DNA of 32,000 nucleotides from Dehalococcoidia bacterium (GCA_965220785.1 CBDCQW010000003.1:2826583-2858582), one strand, 5' to 3'; shown: positions 1-9,431, counted from the stretch's first letter. Notes: generated from the letters alone by a model not told the origin. Translations and numbers: made by a program.

Positions 1-16
1 TTCGTCGATGCCGCGT

Positions 17-439
17 TCACTGCTGACTCAGGATGAGCGTCATGCCGCCGACGATAGACACACTGCCCACCAGCAGCGGAAGGGTCACCGACTCGCCGGC
101 AAAGGCCACGGCGGTGGCGGTCGCAAAGAGCGGCGCCGTGCCGACTATCGTGCTCGATCTGGAAACGCCGACGAGCCTGACGCCGGTGAAGCTGAGCAGC
201 CGGCCCGTCGGGTAGCTCAGCAGCCCGACTACGAAGGCGAGGAGGAGTCCCGTCCCGCCGATACGCACCAGGTCTACGGGTTGGAATGCCATGGTGATCG
301 CCAGCGTCACGACGGTGCTGACCGTGAGCGAGACGAGGGTGCCGGGCCCGACCGCGACATACTGGATGCCGATTCTGGCGAAGACCGCGGTGCCGGCGAA
401 GCCGACGGCCGCGATCAGCGCGAGGGCGACGCCGATCAC
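17..439 (-). CDS. Small single-EamA-domain (DMT superfamily) membrane protein, ~140 aa
   Basis: The C-terminal ~140 aa of ORF 17..943 are hydrophobic with 4-5 TM-like segments in an EamA-like pattern. The Arg/Pro-rich N-terminal part of that ORF is read-through antisense to radC. The GTG at 439-437 overlaps the radC stop (438-436) as GTGA. Confidence 0.6.
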   Translation of the reverse strand: MIGVALALIAAVGFAGTAVFARIGIQYVAVGPGTLVSLTVSTVVTLAITMAFQPVDLVRIGGTGLLLAFVVGLLSYPTGRLLSFTGVRLVGVSRSSTIVGTAPLFATATAVAFAGESVTLPLLVGSVSIVGGMTLILSQQ

Positions 440-1209
440 CGGTGCGTGTCCGATGCGTCCGCGGTGTTCAGCCAAGTATGGCGTCCGCCGTCGCCCGCGG
501 CGGGGAAGCCGAGCCCCTTGCTCTTCAGGCTGACGTGCGACCGGCCGCCGATGACTATATGGTCGAGCACCTCGATGTCCAACATCTCGCCGCCTGCCAC
601 GATCTGCCGCGTGATCATCACGTCCTCCGGGCTGGGCGTCGGGTCGCCCGACGGGTGGTTGTGCACGATGATAACCGACGGGCAGTTTTCGCGTACGGCC
701 GGTCTGAGCACCTCGGACACGCGCACGATGGAGGCGTTCACGTTGCCAACGTAAACCTCGTGCACCCCCCGGACTTCGCCCTTGGTGGACATCAGCATGA
801 CCCTGAGGTGCTCCTGGACGAGCAGGCCCATCTCCGCCGATACCAGGTTGGCGACGTCCTGGGGAGATCGCACTACGGCCCGGTCCTCGGGGCTGAGGGA
901 GACCATTCGCCTTCCGAGCTCGAACGCGGACAGGAGCTGGCACGCCTTGGCGTCACTGACACCGTGGTAGCCGCACAGCTCGCCGTAGGAGACCCGCGCG
1001 AGGCCCGAGAGGCCGCCCATGTTGGCAATCAGGCGGTTGGACAGCTCCAGGACGGACTGGCCCTGCGCCCCGGTCCGCATGAGTATGGCGACGAGCTCGG
1101 CGTTGCTGAGGGCTCCGGGGCCGAGATTCTTCAGCCGCTCCCGGGGCCGGTCCATCTGCGGCAGGTCGCGGATCAACGTCGTGTAGCGCGGCGTGTCCTC
1201 ACCGGCCAT
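436..1209 (-). CDS. radC: RadC-like JAMM/MPN+ domain protein
   Basis: Has the HNHPSGDPTPSPEDV JAMM motif and an N-terminal HhH-like region (LSNAELVAILMRTG). Start chosen at MAGEDTP (ATG 1209); the ORF extends to 1254. Confidence 0.85.
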   Translation of the reverse strand: MAGEDTPRYTTLIRDLPQMDRPRERLKNLGPGALSNAELVAILMRTGAQGQSVLELSNRLIANMGGLSGLARVSYGELCGYHGVSDAKACQLLSAFELGRRMVSLSPEDRAVVRSPQDVANLVSAEMGLLVQEHLRVMLMSTKGEVRGVHEVYVGNVNASIVRVSEVLRPAVRENCPSVIIVHNHPSGDPTPSPEDVMITRQIVAGGEMLDIEVLDHIVIGGRSHVSLKSKGLGFPAAGDGGRHTWLNTADASDTHR

Positions 1210-1399
1210 TCCTGCCTCCAGCGCAATTGGCCATCCGATCGCGCACGAAGTCATCTACCCGTCTATACATGATAGCGCTGCCATGCAGGTAACTTCACTA
1301 CTACGATGCCCGGATCATGGTACGCCGTTTTCCGGAGGGCCGCAAAGCCTACAACCCGCCCACTCCCAACTATTCACTATCCACATCCACTACGCCCTG

Positions 1400-1428
1400 T
1401 TGACACCTTTCCGGGCCGTCCATAGAAT
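1400..1428 (+). promoter_or_regulatory. Sigma70-type promoter candidate for ruvB
   Basis: TTGACA (1400-1405), 17-nt spacer, TAGAAT (1423-1428), about 45 nt upstream of the ruvB GTG. Confidence 0.55.
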
Positions 1429-1472
1429 GAACACCGGTTCTAATGCCGTTCCCCACGTAGAGAAAGTCGAGC

Positions 1473-2507
1473 GTGCAGTTGAACGAGCGCATCGTCTCGG
1501 GCAAGCCACATGAAGACGACACCGCACTGGACCGGAGCCTGAGGCCCCGCCGCCTCGAGGACTACATCGGCCAGGAGCGGCTGAAGGCCAATCTCAACAT
1601 AGGCATCGTCGCCGCCAAACAGCGGGGCGACGCGCTCGACCACACTCTCCTCTACGGCCCGCCCGGCTTGGGCAAGACTACGCTGGCCAACATCATGGCC
1701 ACCGAGATGGGCGTCAGGATCAAGACCACCTCAGGCCCGGCCATCGAGCGTCCGGGCGACATGGTGGCGATCCTGACCCAGCTCCAGAAGGACGACATCC
1801 TCTTCGTCGACGAAATCCACCGCCTGAGCCGCGTCGTCGAGGAGGTCCTCTATCCCGCCATGGAGGACTTCTTCGTCTCGTGGGTTATCGACAAGGGTCT
1901 GAAGGCCAGGAGCATGAACCTGGCCATCAAGCCGTTCACCTTCATAGGAGCGACCACCCGCTATGGCATGGTCAGCGCGCCTCTGCGGGACCGTTTCGGA
2001 GTCGTCCATCGGCTCGAGTTCTACACTACGGCGGACATGTACAAGATCGTCAACCGGTCGGCGCGGATTCTCGCCATCGACTCGGAGGACGAGGGACTGA
2101 GGGAGATCGCCAACCGCGCCCGCGGCACGCCGAGGGTCGCCAACCGGCTGCTGAAGCGGGTGCGCGACTACGCCCAGGTGATGGCGGACAACGTGATAAC
2201 CGGCGAGGTCGCCAGGGACGCGCTCGCCCGCCTGGAGGTCGACGCCCTGGGACTGGACGACTCGGACCATCTCGTGCTCCACACCATCATCGAGAAGTTT
2301 GACGGCGGGCCGGTCGGCATCGACACGCTGGCGGCCTCGCTCAGCGAAGAGGCCGAGACGATCGAGGAAGTTTACGAGCCGTACCTGCTGCAGATGGGGT
2401 TTCTCGACCGCACCAGGTCCGGCCGCGTCGCGACCCGCCGCGCCTACGAGCACCTGGGAGTCGACTACCCGGAGAACGCCGCAACCCCCCAGAACCGGCT
2501 GTTCTAG
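1473..2507 (+). CDS. ruvB: Holliday junction branch migration DNA helicase RuvB
   Basis: Full-length match to the RuvB pattern: [12 protein letters not shown], Walker [30 protein letters not shown] start. Confidence 0.97.
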   Translation: MQLNERIVSGKPHEDDTALDRSLRPRRLEDYIGQERLKANLNIGIVAAKQRGDALDHTLLYGPPGLGKTTLANIMATEMGVRIKTTSGPAIERPGDMVAILTQLQKDDILFVDEIHRLSRVVEEVLYPAMEDFFVSWVIDKGLKARSMNLAIKPFTFIGATTRYGMVSAPLRDRFGVVHRLEFYTTADMYKIVNRSARILAIDSEDEGLREIANRARGTPRVANRLLKRVRDYAQVMADNVITGEVARDALARLEVDALGLDDSDHLVLHTIIEKFDGGPVGIDTLAASLSEEAETIEEVYEPYLLQMGFLDRTRSGRVATRRAYEHLGVDYPENAATPQNRLF

Positions 2508-2576
2508 TCAGCCCTCCGGAACGGCCCCGACCTCTCCCGCGGATTCGAGCCGCGTTGGGGGGCGTCAGCGGCCGGG

Positions 2577-3902
2577 CTAGACTAGGACCTGGACTGTCTC
2601 GTCTTTGACTACTATGCGCGCTACGTGGGAGGCGAGGAAGTCGCGCTGGGCTTCCATGTCGAGGTCTTCCCAGCGGGACAGGGTCTGGTCGACGTTGGCC
2701 TGGCTGTGGTCGCCCGACGCGGCTTTTCTAGCCGTGTCCAGGGCCGCCAGGTAGTCGGCGAGCAGGTACGTCTTTCGCTCGCCGCGTGCGATGCGCCTCA
2801 TCGCGTCGAGCAGCCTGCGCTCCGCGTGCTCCACGCGCTCGTCCCGAAGGGCCTGGGCGCGTTTGGCGTCGCCGTCGGGCGCGCCGGCTGCCCTCGCGCG
2901 GAGCGCCGGGCCGAGCTGACCGAATACCGTCCCTTCGAGCAGCGGCGCGCGCCAGGTGTGGTATCCGCACACGCTCTGGTTGTTCTTGGACTGGCACTGG
3001 TAGTAGCGGTAGACGCCGCGCTGTCTGCGGCCGTCCTGCCGTCTCCACGACTGTCGTCGGGTGACGCCCATCATCCTGTTGCCGCAGTAGCCGCACTCGA
3101 TCAGCCCCGATAGCAGGAACGGCTCCGACTTCGACACGCGTCCGAGCGGTCTGCGCGACTCTGTGACCTCGCGCGCGGCGCGAAACAGTTCGTGCGGAAC
3201 TATCGCGTCGTGCGTCCGGGGACGGCGCATGCCAAGCCGGGTGTAGGTCCCGGTGTATACCGGATTGCGTAGGACGTCCCGGATTCCGATGACGTTCCAG
3301 TTGGAGCCGCGTCGGGTCGGTATGCCGCGCTCGTTCAGGTGCTGCGCGATCAGACGAAAGCCCATCTCGTCCCGCGTGTACAGCCGGAAGATCAGCTCGA
3401 CTACCCTGGCCTCCTCGGACACTATTTCGAGCTTCCCCTCGGCGCCGATGCGGTAGCCGTAGGGCGGCTTGCCGAGGGCCTGGCCCTGGAGCGCCCGCTC
3501 CCGCATCGACTCCTTTATCCTCCGGCTGCGCGTCCGCGAGACACCCTTCACGCCCAGCGTCTGGAACGCGTTCTGCAGCGGGTCCGGGAACTCCTCGTCG
3601 AAGCACCGGACGACGGCGCCCGTCTGTTCGAGGTCGACGAAAGCCCTGGCCACCGACTCCAGATCGCCGCCCAGGTGCGTCGCGTCCGGGACCGCAACCA
3701 GGAACTCGCTGCCCGAGTCGCGCATGAACTCGATCATTTGGCGGTACTCGGGCGTCTCCCTGGGGGCCGCCTCTCCGCCGCCGGCGAAGCTGTTCACCGA
3801 CTGGTGGAAGTTGAGGTCGCAGAAGTCTTGGAACTGTCGCCGGAGCTCCGGCAGGGAGACCTCGTTTCCAGTGCCCAGGTAGAAGAAGCCGATGGCGCGC
3901 AT
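2577..3902 (-). CDS. Large serine recombinase family protein with degenerate (probably inactive) catalytic domain
   Basis: Collinear with resolvase N-domain, recombinase domain (PPYGYR, NPVYTG) and Zn-ribbon (CGYCG...YYQCQ...C). The catalytic Arg/Ser/DRLxR positions are substituted (see finding). Confidence 0.85.
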   Translation of the reverse strand: MRAIGFFYLGTGNEVSLPELRRQFQDFCDLNFHQSVNSFAGGGEAAPRETPEYRQMIEFMRDSGSEFLVAVPDATHLGGDLESVARAFVDLEQTGAVVRCFDEEFPDPLQNAFQTLGVKGVSRTRSRRIKESMRERALQGQALGKPPYGYRIGAEGKLEIVSEEARVVELIFRLYTRDEMGFRLIAQHLNERGIPTRRGSNWNVIGIRDVLRNPVYTGTYTRLGMRRPRTHDAIVPHELFRAAREVTESRRPLGRVSKSEPFLLSGLIECGYCGNRMMGVTRRQSWRRQDGRRQRGVYRYYQCQSKNNQSVCGYHTWRAPLLEGTVFGQLGPALRARAAGAPDGDAKRAQALRDERVEHAERRLLDAMRRIARGERKTYLLADYLAALDTARKAASGDHSQANVDQTLSRWEDLDMEAQRDFLASHVARIVVKDETVQVLV

Positions 3903-3909
3903 CGCTCGA

Positions 3910-4611
3910 TCAGGGCAGGTAGAGTATGCGCTTACAGCTGCTGCATCTCACCGGGGTGGGCGCCGTGCGGGCGCGCTGGAGCTCCATCGTCGACAGCGTC
4001 AGCCTGCATCCCTGGCACATGCCGCGCTCGATCCTGGCGACGGGGCTGCCGTTGGTGCTCTTGCGCAACGACTCGTAGAGGGCGATGAGGTCGGCCGATA
4101 CCCTTGGGGCCGCGTCGTCTCGCTGCCGGCGGCATTCGTCCAGCTCGGCGGCTGTCCGCCGTTCCGACTCCTGGAGCCGGGCCTGCTCGGCCGGCCGGCC
4201 CGACTTCAGCTCCGACAGCGCTTCCCGCGCCTCGCTCTGAGCGCTCTCGCCGTCCTCCGTCTGGACCATCAGCTCGAGGAGGTTGTCCTCCTGCTCCCTG
4301 AGCTGCTGGACGACGAACTTGCGCTCCTCCTCGGCGGCGGTCATCTCGTCCAGGCTGGTGATCGCGCCGCCGTAGAGCTTCTTCTCGATGCTCTCCAGCC
4401 GCTCCTGCGTCTCCCCGATCGCTCGTTCGGCCGCCCGGCGCCTGACGCCGACCTCGGCGAGCACCTCCGATATGGCGGTCAGCGTCGCGGCAGCCGCGGT
4501 GATGGAGGAGTCATCTTGCAGCCGGGCGCGCACGTCGACAAGGGTGTCCTCGAGCTCGTCGACCCTCAGGTCGATCCGTTGCAGATCGTGTAGGCGCTTG
4601 ACAGTCTGCAT
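3910..4611 (-). CDS. Coiled-coil / C4 zinc-ribbon protein (COG1579/DUF164-like)
   Basis: Long coiled-coil followed by C-terminal CQGC...CSSC zinc ribbon. Start uncertain: ATG 4611 preferred, and the ORF extends to GTG 4644. Its stop lies 8 nt upstream of the recombinase-like gene. Confidence 0.7.
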   Translation of the reverse strand: MQTVKRLHDLQRIDLRVDELEDTLVDVRARLQDDSSITAAAATLTAISEVLAEVGVRRRAAERAIGETQERLESIEKKLYGGAITSLDEMTAAEEERKFVVQQLREQEDNLLELMVQTEDGESAQSEAREALSELKSGRPAEQARLQESERRTAAELDECRRQRDDAAPRVSADLIALYESLRKSTNGSPVARIERGMCQGCRLTLSTMELQRARTAPTPVRCSSCKRILYLP

Positions 4612-4710
4612 TGCACCAGTGGCGTAGGTCGTGACGTCGACCACATTGTATCGGAACGGCGCGGCCGAGGGGCAGCGTGCGGTCTGCGGACGAGCAACGG
4701 GCGAGACCGG

Positions 4711-5010
4711 CTACTTCGTCTGGACGGAGGGTTCGGAGGTCAGGGCGGCGAGCAGGTTGGAGACGAGGATGTCCTTCTTCGTGTGGTGGCGCAGCGGAAG
4801 CTCGCGATCGACATCGTAGAGGTTCCGCCTGCCGCTCTTGCGCCGATTGATGTATCCGGCGGCTTCCAGGTCGGAGATCATCTTGTGGGCGGTCCGCTCC
4901 GTGATCCCGACGTGGGCAGCTATCTCCCGCGCGGTGTGGCTTGGGTTGTGGAAGATGTAGCTGAGGACCAGCCCGTGATTCGTGATGAAGGTCCAGTTGC
5001 CGCCTGTCAT
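4711..5010 (-). CDS. Winged helix-turn-helix transcriptional regulator (MarR/ArsR-like)
   Basis: HTH pattern HTAREIAAHVGITERTAHKMISDLEAAGYINRRKSGRRNLY. GAGG lies 6 nt upstream of the ATG. Confidence 0.75.
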   Translation of the reverse strand: MTGGNWTFITNHGLVLSYIFHNPSHTAREIAAHVGITERTAHKMISDLEAAGYINRRKSGRRNLYDVDRELPLRHHTKKDILVSNLLAALTSEPSVQTK

Positions 5011-5162
5011 CGAACCCTCAGGAGTGAAGTGGTGCGGCCAAATCTTATCACAGACGGCCCTCTGGATACAAACGACGAGGGCGGCCTGGATTCGCCACCT
5101 GATTGGGCCGGCCGGCGTGACGGACTGCTTGCGGTATCATAGTGACGCACCTCGGCAGGGAT

Positions 5163-5337
5163 GGATTCCCGCGTTCACGGACCCTTGCATAACCGTCATT
5201 CCCGCGCAGAGCCTGCCCTCGCGTAGGCGGGGGCGGGAATCCAGGGGTGGGGTTCCCAGACAAGAAGTCTGCGCATCTCCACCACGTCTGTTTCCCGAAA
5301 GGAGCGTTACGCAAGGGTCTCCGGTCGCGGGAATGAC
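5163..5337. repeat. Cluster of REP-like palindromic units with ATTCCCGCG core
   Basis: GTCATTCCCGCG (5195-5206) and its exact reverse complement CGCGGGAATGAC (5326-5337). GGATTCCCG (5163-5171) and CGGGAATCC (5234-5242). No credible CDS here. Confidence 0.7.
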
Positions 5338-5432
5338 GGACATGGGGAATCTGGGCCTGCGGATCGGGTTGCCCGGCCGAGTCTGTCGGGGTATTCTTAA
5401 CGCCCGGCCTGCTGGGGGAGCGGAGGTTATCC

Positions 5433-5663
5433 GTGGTTCGCGCGTACGTACTGATCGAGATGGCTGCCGGCCAGTCCAGGAGTCTCGTGGACACCATGAC
5501 CGCAGCGCGGGGCGTCAGGGACGCCGTCCGGGTCACCGGCCCCTACGACGTCGTCGTCGTGGTGGAGCGCAACGATCTGGAACAGATAAGCAACTTCGTG
5601 ACCGACTCGATTCACGCCCAGAAAGGCGTCGTCAGGACGACTACCTGCGTCTCCCTGGACTAG
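5433..5663 (+). CDS. Stand-alone Lrp/AsnC ligand-binding (RAM) domain protein
   Basis: 76 aa. The pattern VRAYVLIEM...V..V..V.GPYDVVVVVE is typical of the AsnC_trans_reg domain. GTG start preceded by GGAGCGGAGG. Confidence 0.75.
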   Translation: MVRAYVLIEMAAGQSRSLVDTMTAARGVRDAVRVTGPYDVVVVVERNDLEQISNFVTDSIHAQKGVVRTTTCVSLD

Positions 5664-5683
5664 CGCCCGATGCGGGCCCGGGG

Positions 5684-6349
5684 CTAACGCGGGTCCTCTG
5701 AGGTGCCTGCCGGGTCGTCGAGCACTTCCGGGTCGCCGGAGTCGCGTCTCCTGATGTGGCCGCGGACGGCCCGCGCGAGCACCAGCCCGGTGAATCCGCC
5801 GATTCCGACGGTCAGCGCCATGTCGCCGTCCTGGGCCAGGTCCAGCTCCGGGGTGAGGTTCAGCACCGCCAGCGTCCCGTAGCCGAAGACGACGCCGAGT
5901 AGTGAAGGGTAGGGCATTCGCTGCCCGCCCAGGGACACCAGCATGCCGACGACCACGGCCAGGATGCCGGTGACCGGGAACAACGCGATCACGCAGCCCC
6001 CGAGGGTACCCAGCCCGTCTCCGCCCCGGAAGCCGCTGAAGACGGAGACCCAGTGCCCCATCAGCACTGCCCCAACCGGGAACAGTACCTGCGCACCATC
6101 CGCGCCAATCCACCAGCCGACCAGGACGGCGAGCCCGCCCTTGGTCAGGTCCCATATCAGCACGAGGGCGCCCTGGAGGCGGCCCACCGATCTCATCACG
6201 TTCGCCGCGCCGGCCAGCCCCGTGCCGGCTGCGTAGATGTCGACCCCCCGGCGGCGGCCGAGCCATCCCGCCATGGGGAACGCGCCGAGCACATAGGCGA
6301 CCGCCATGGACGCAACGATCGCCGCGATGGACCCGAGAAACTCGCTCAA
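5684..6349 (-). CDS. plsY: Glycerol-3-phosphate acyltransferase PlsY
   Basis: PlsY-like motifs (YVLGAFP, GTGLAGAANV, KGGLAVLVG, GHWVSVF..F.GG.G) on a multi-TM protein. Start set at TTG 6349, preceded by GAGGGAGGG; the ORF extends to 6457. Confidence 0.8.
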   Translation of the reverse strand: MSEFLGSIAAIVASMAVAYVLGAFPMAGWLGRRRGVDIYAAGTGLAGAANVMRSVGRLQGALVLIWDLTKGGLAVLVGWWIGADGAQVLFPVGAVLMGHWVSVFSGFRGGDGLGTLGGCVIALFPVTGILAVVVGMLVSLGGQRMPYPSLLGVVFGYGTLAVLNLTPELDLAQDGDMALTVGIGGFTGLVLARAVRGHIRRRDSGDPEVLDDPAGTSEDPR

Positions 6350-6386
6350 CCCGTCCGCCCTCCCTCGATTCTCCCCCCGCGCCGCG

Positions 6387-6415
6387 ATTATAACCGCAAC
6401 CCGCGCTCCCGTCAC
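6387..6415 (-). promoter_or_regulatory. Promoter candidate for plsY
   Basis: On the minus strand: GTGACG (6415-6410), 17 nt, TATAAT (6392-6387), about 40 nt upstream of the TTG start. Confidence 0.35.
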
Positions 6416-6686
6416 GACCCCGGCGGGTCCGCATCTGTTCGGAGTCGAGCGGCCCACACACGCGATGACCCTGAGCAGTGCGTGTCCTTCGATACATCTC
6501 GACGAAGCGTCGGGGCACTCAGGACGAACGGGTCGTGTTGCGACAGCCCCACTTCCGGACGGCGGCCAACGACGGCATCCCCCCTACCAGGACTTCGATC
6601 ATCCGTCATGACTGCTGGAGCGGGAGTCGACGGGTGCGCGCCGGGTACCAGTACTCGCTCTCGTGGGCGCCGGCGCGACGCGCTCC

Positions 6687-7460
6687 CTAGCTTCGTGGCG
6701 GCGGGGCCTCGGCGTCGCCTTCGGTGTAGATGTGGGGCATGTCGGTGGGCGTCACCGCGAGGCGGACAGTCGTCTCGTCTCCGACGCTGGTGATCCCGTG
6801 CTTCAGGCCCTCGGGCACGAAGACGACGTCCCCCTGCCGGGCGTCTATCGGCGGGCGCCCCGTGCCGGTCCGCCATCGAAGCTCTCCCTTGAGGGCGACC
6901 CACCACTCGTCGAGGCCGGGATGCCAGTGCGGATTGCTGCTCATGCCGGGGCCGTAGTGTATGAAGCCGGCCCTGTTGCGCTCGTCGAGTATCACGGGCT
7001 CGGTCCACATCGGCGGGCCGAAACGGGCCAGCATGGACTCGACACTCGTGTGGAGCATGTTCGGCGGGCCGTCCTGCTCGTCGTCGGTGCTCCGGGGTCT
7101 GCCTGCGGTCGTCGATGCCGGACGGGGGACGACCGCGATCCTGAGCGACGGTCCGTCTCCAAGCGTCTCTATCGAGTGGACGACGCCGGCAGGGCAGAAG
7201 ACGATGTCCCCGGACGTGGCGTGGAACGGCGAGCGCTCACCGATCTGCCATCTCAGCTTCCCGGCGACCACGACCCACCACTCGTTGTAGCCCTCGTGGC
7301 TGTGCGCCTCGGTGCGGCGCCCGGGCGGATCGCCGCTGAGCACCGCCCAATTCCGGCCGTCGTCCAGCAGGGCCTCGCTCCACGGGGGCGGGCCCATGCG
7401 CTGGGCGACGTCGGACGGACGGATGCGCGTCGGCTCGGTGATCGGCTGTGGGGGCTGCAT
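6687..7460 (-). CDS. Bicupin (two cupin barrels) protein
   Basis: Two cupin motifs (HSHEGYNEWWVVVAG...GD..F.P.G..H and HWHPGLDEWWVALKG...GD.VFVPEG..H). Start at ATG 7460, preceded by AGGAGA with a 5-nt spacer. Alternative ATG 7565 forms an ATGA overlap with the GNAT stop. Confidence 0.75.
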   Translation of the reverse strand: MQPPQPITEPTRIRPSDVAQRMGPPPWSEALLDDGRNWAVLSGDPPGRRTEAHSHEGYNEWWVVVAGKLRWQIGERSPFHATSGDIVFCPAGVVHSIETLGDGPSLRIAVVPRPASTTAGRPRSTDDEQDGPPNMLHTSVESMLARFGPPMWTEPVILDERNRAGFIHYGPGMSSNPHWHPGLDEWWVALKGELRWRTGTGRPPIDARQGDVVFVPEGLKHGITSVGDETTVRLAVTPTDMPHIYTEGDAEAPPPRS

Positions 7461-7561
7461 GGCGTTCTCCTGCGTCGTCATCCCGGCGGTAGCTTCGCCG
7501 GCTCGGGCCGTCGGCCTGCGGGCTATGCTACCCCATCTCGAGCGCGGCCGGCCGCCTGGCG

Positions 7562-8095
7562 TCATGCCCCGGGGGCGCGTCTGTTGATGAGCGATTCCTC
7601 GTCGACCAGGAGTTTTTCATAGCCTATGTGGTACTTGCGGAAGCCGTGTTTGGCGTGCAGCGCCCGCGACGCGGTGTTCTCGATGCCCGCCTCGGAGCGG
7701 AGCCAGCTTGCCCCGCGCTCCTTCGCCAGCGTCTCGACCCGTTGGAGCATGGCGAGCCCGACGCCGCGCCTCCTGTACCGGGGGAAGATGCTGACGTCGT
7801 CGATCTCGGCGAAGGTCAGGCCGTACCCCTCGACGTCGTGGAAGCTGGCACGGACGTGGCCGACGACGTCGCCGTCGTCCTCCCACATCTCGGCGATTGT
7901 GCGCGGGTCGTCCAGCGAACGCGCGAGGCCGGCCAGGTACGTCTCAGGCTGGCCCGAGGCCCGCCACGCGGCGCGATACGCCTCGTACGGCGCCTGTCGG
8001 GCCCACCGCGTCTCGCTCCCGTAGTTCGAGGCGCAGTGGAGCTCCAGGAGGGCGTCCCTGTCCCTGTCCAGGTCGACCGGACGCTGCGTGAGCAT
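7562..8095 (-). CDS. GNAT family N-acetyltransferase
   Basis: Acetyl-CoA binding motif RRRGVGLAML...A. Start at ATG 8095, preceded by GGAGG with a 7-nt spacer. Confidence 0.8.
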   Translation of the reverse strand: MLTQRPVDLDRDRDALLELHCASNYGSETRWARQAPYEAYRAAWRASGQPETYLAGLARSLDDPRTIAEMWEDDGDVVGHVRASFHDVEGYGLTFAEIDDVSIFPRYRRRGVGLAMLQRVETLAKERGASWLRSEAGIENTASRALHAKHGFRKYHIGYEKLLVDEESLINRRAPGA

Positions 8096-8222
8096 GGTAC
8101 GCCTCCAGGACGGCGCTGTTGGCCCGCTGAGGCCGCACTGAGACCGGCGGCCGGCCCGGTTGAGTCCGGTCTGCACAAAGCTCGGCGGAGTCGAAACCGG
8201 GGCGGCCCGGCGTTGGCTACGG

Positions 8223-9305
8223 CTACAGGTCTTCGACGGCGGGCAGGACCTCGGTCGCCAGGAGCTCCATGGAGCGGTAGAACTGCTCGTTGCCGTTGCC
8301 CCAATCGTCGGTCTGGACGAGCAGGGTGCCGAAGCCGCCCGACCGGTCGTGCATCTCCCGGACCTTCTCCACGCAGTAGTCGGGGTCGCCGACGATCCAG
8401 TAGTTGTCGAGCATGTACTCCGGCGTCACGTCCTCGTCCGGGATGTCGGGATCGTACTTGAAGGTGCCGACGCCGCGCGGGCTGTTGCCGATCAGCTTCA
8501 TCCAGTAGTCGGTGAAGTCGCGGGCGAGCGCGCCCTCGAGCGCCTCCCTGCGGGCCTGCTCGGTCGTGTCGGCGACGTATACCTGCTTGGCGATGCGCCA
8601 CTCGGCCCTGGACGGCGTGCGGCCGCCGCGCTCGGCGCCGGCCGAGATCGACTCCCAGTTGGCCCCGAGCTGCGACGCGTGGACGAGGCTCGCGCTCAGC
8701 GGAATCCAGCCACGCTCGCCCGCCATCTCGAGCGTCGACGAACGGACGCTGGCCCCGGCGACCGCTATCGGCGGGTGCGGCTGCTGGTAGGGTCGGAGGT
8801 GGAAACTGACCTCCATCTCCGGGCGGTCCTGTGGCGTGCGCGTGCTGTAGAACTGGCCGTCGAAGTCGGTCGGGCCGTTCTCCCAGATGCTCAGGACCAG
8901 GTCGATGCCCTCCATCATGCGGTCGCGCTGGGCGCCGGGATCGGGGTCGATGCGCAGCATCTCGGCGTCGCTGGGCGTGCCGCCGGAGCCGATGCCGAAC
9001 ATGAACCGCCCCTTCGCCATGTGGTCGAGCATCGCGATGCGGTGCGCTACCTGCACAGGGTCGTGGAAGTGGAGCAGCACGACGCCGGTCCCGAAGGCGA
9101 TCTGCTCGGTCTCGCCCAGCGCGCGGGCGATGAACAGCTCCGGGGTCGGCATGTTCTCCCACGGGAGCATCATGTGCTCGCCGACCCAGATCTCGGAGAA
9201 GCCGAGCCGGTCGGCCCTTCGAACGAGCTCCAGGTCCTCGTCGTAGGTCTCGGCCGGGGGTCTCCCGGGCGGGTGCAGCGGCATCATGAACAGGCCGAAC
9301 TTCAT
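8223..9305 (-). CDS. LLM-class (luciferase-like) flavin-dependent oxidoreductase
   Basis: MKFGLFMMPLHPPG..., GFSEIWVGEH and GIGSGG are typical of the bacterial luciferase-like family. Paralogue of 12469..13551. Confidence 0.9.
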   Translation of the reverse strand: MKFGLFMMPLHPPGRPPAETYDEDLELVRRADRLGFSEIWVGEHMMLPWENMPTPELFIARALGETEQIAFGTGVVLLHFHDPVQVAHRIAMLDHMAKGRFMFGIGSGGTPSDAEMLRIDPDPGAQRDRMMEGIDLVLSIWENGPTDFDGQFYSTRTPQDRPEMEVSFHLRPYQQPHPPIAVAGASVRSSTLEMAGERGWIPLSASLVHASQLGANWESISAGAERGGRTPSRAEWRIAKQVYVADTTEQARREALEGALARDFTDYWMKLIGNSPRGVGTFKYDPDIPDEDVTPEYMLDNYWIVGDPDYCVEKVREMHDRSGGFGTLLVQTDDWGNGNEQFYRSMELLATEVLPAVEDL

Positions 9306-9431
9306 TGATATCTCCTCTTGGGCGTGTTCGCCCTATTCTCTCGGCATCGGCGCCGTCGGGGGACGGCGGGCTCGCCGACGGCCGTATTTGAACACGGGCC
9401 GGCCCTCCGTGTCCACGGTCGGCCTCCTCGG

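Noticed and set aside
6350-6686. 337-bp gap upstream of plsY, examined for a riboswitch or a small gene (ORF 6478..6690+).
   Set aside because: No recognisable riboswitch core and no convincing hairpin series. The ORF is Arg-rich and lacks an RBS. Only a promoter-like TATAAT is reported.
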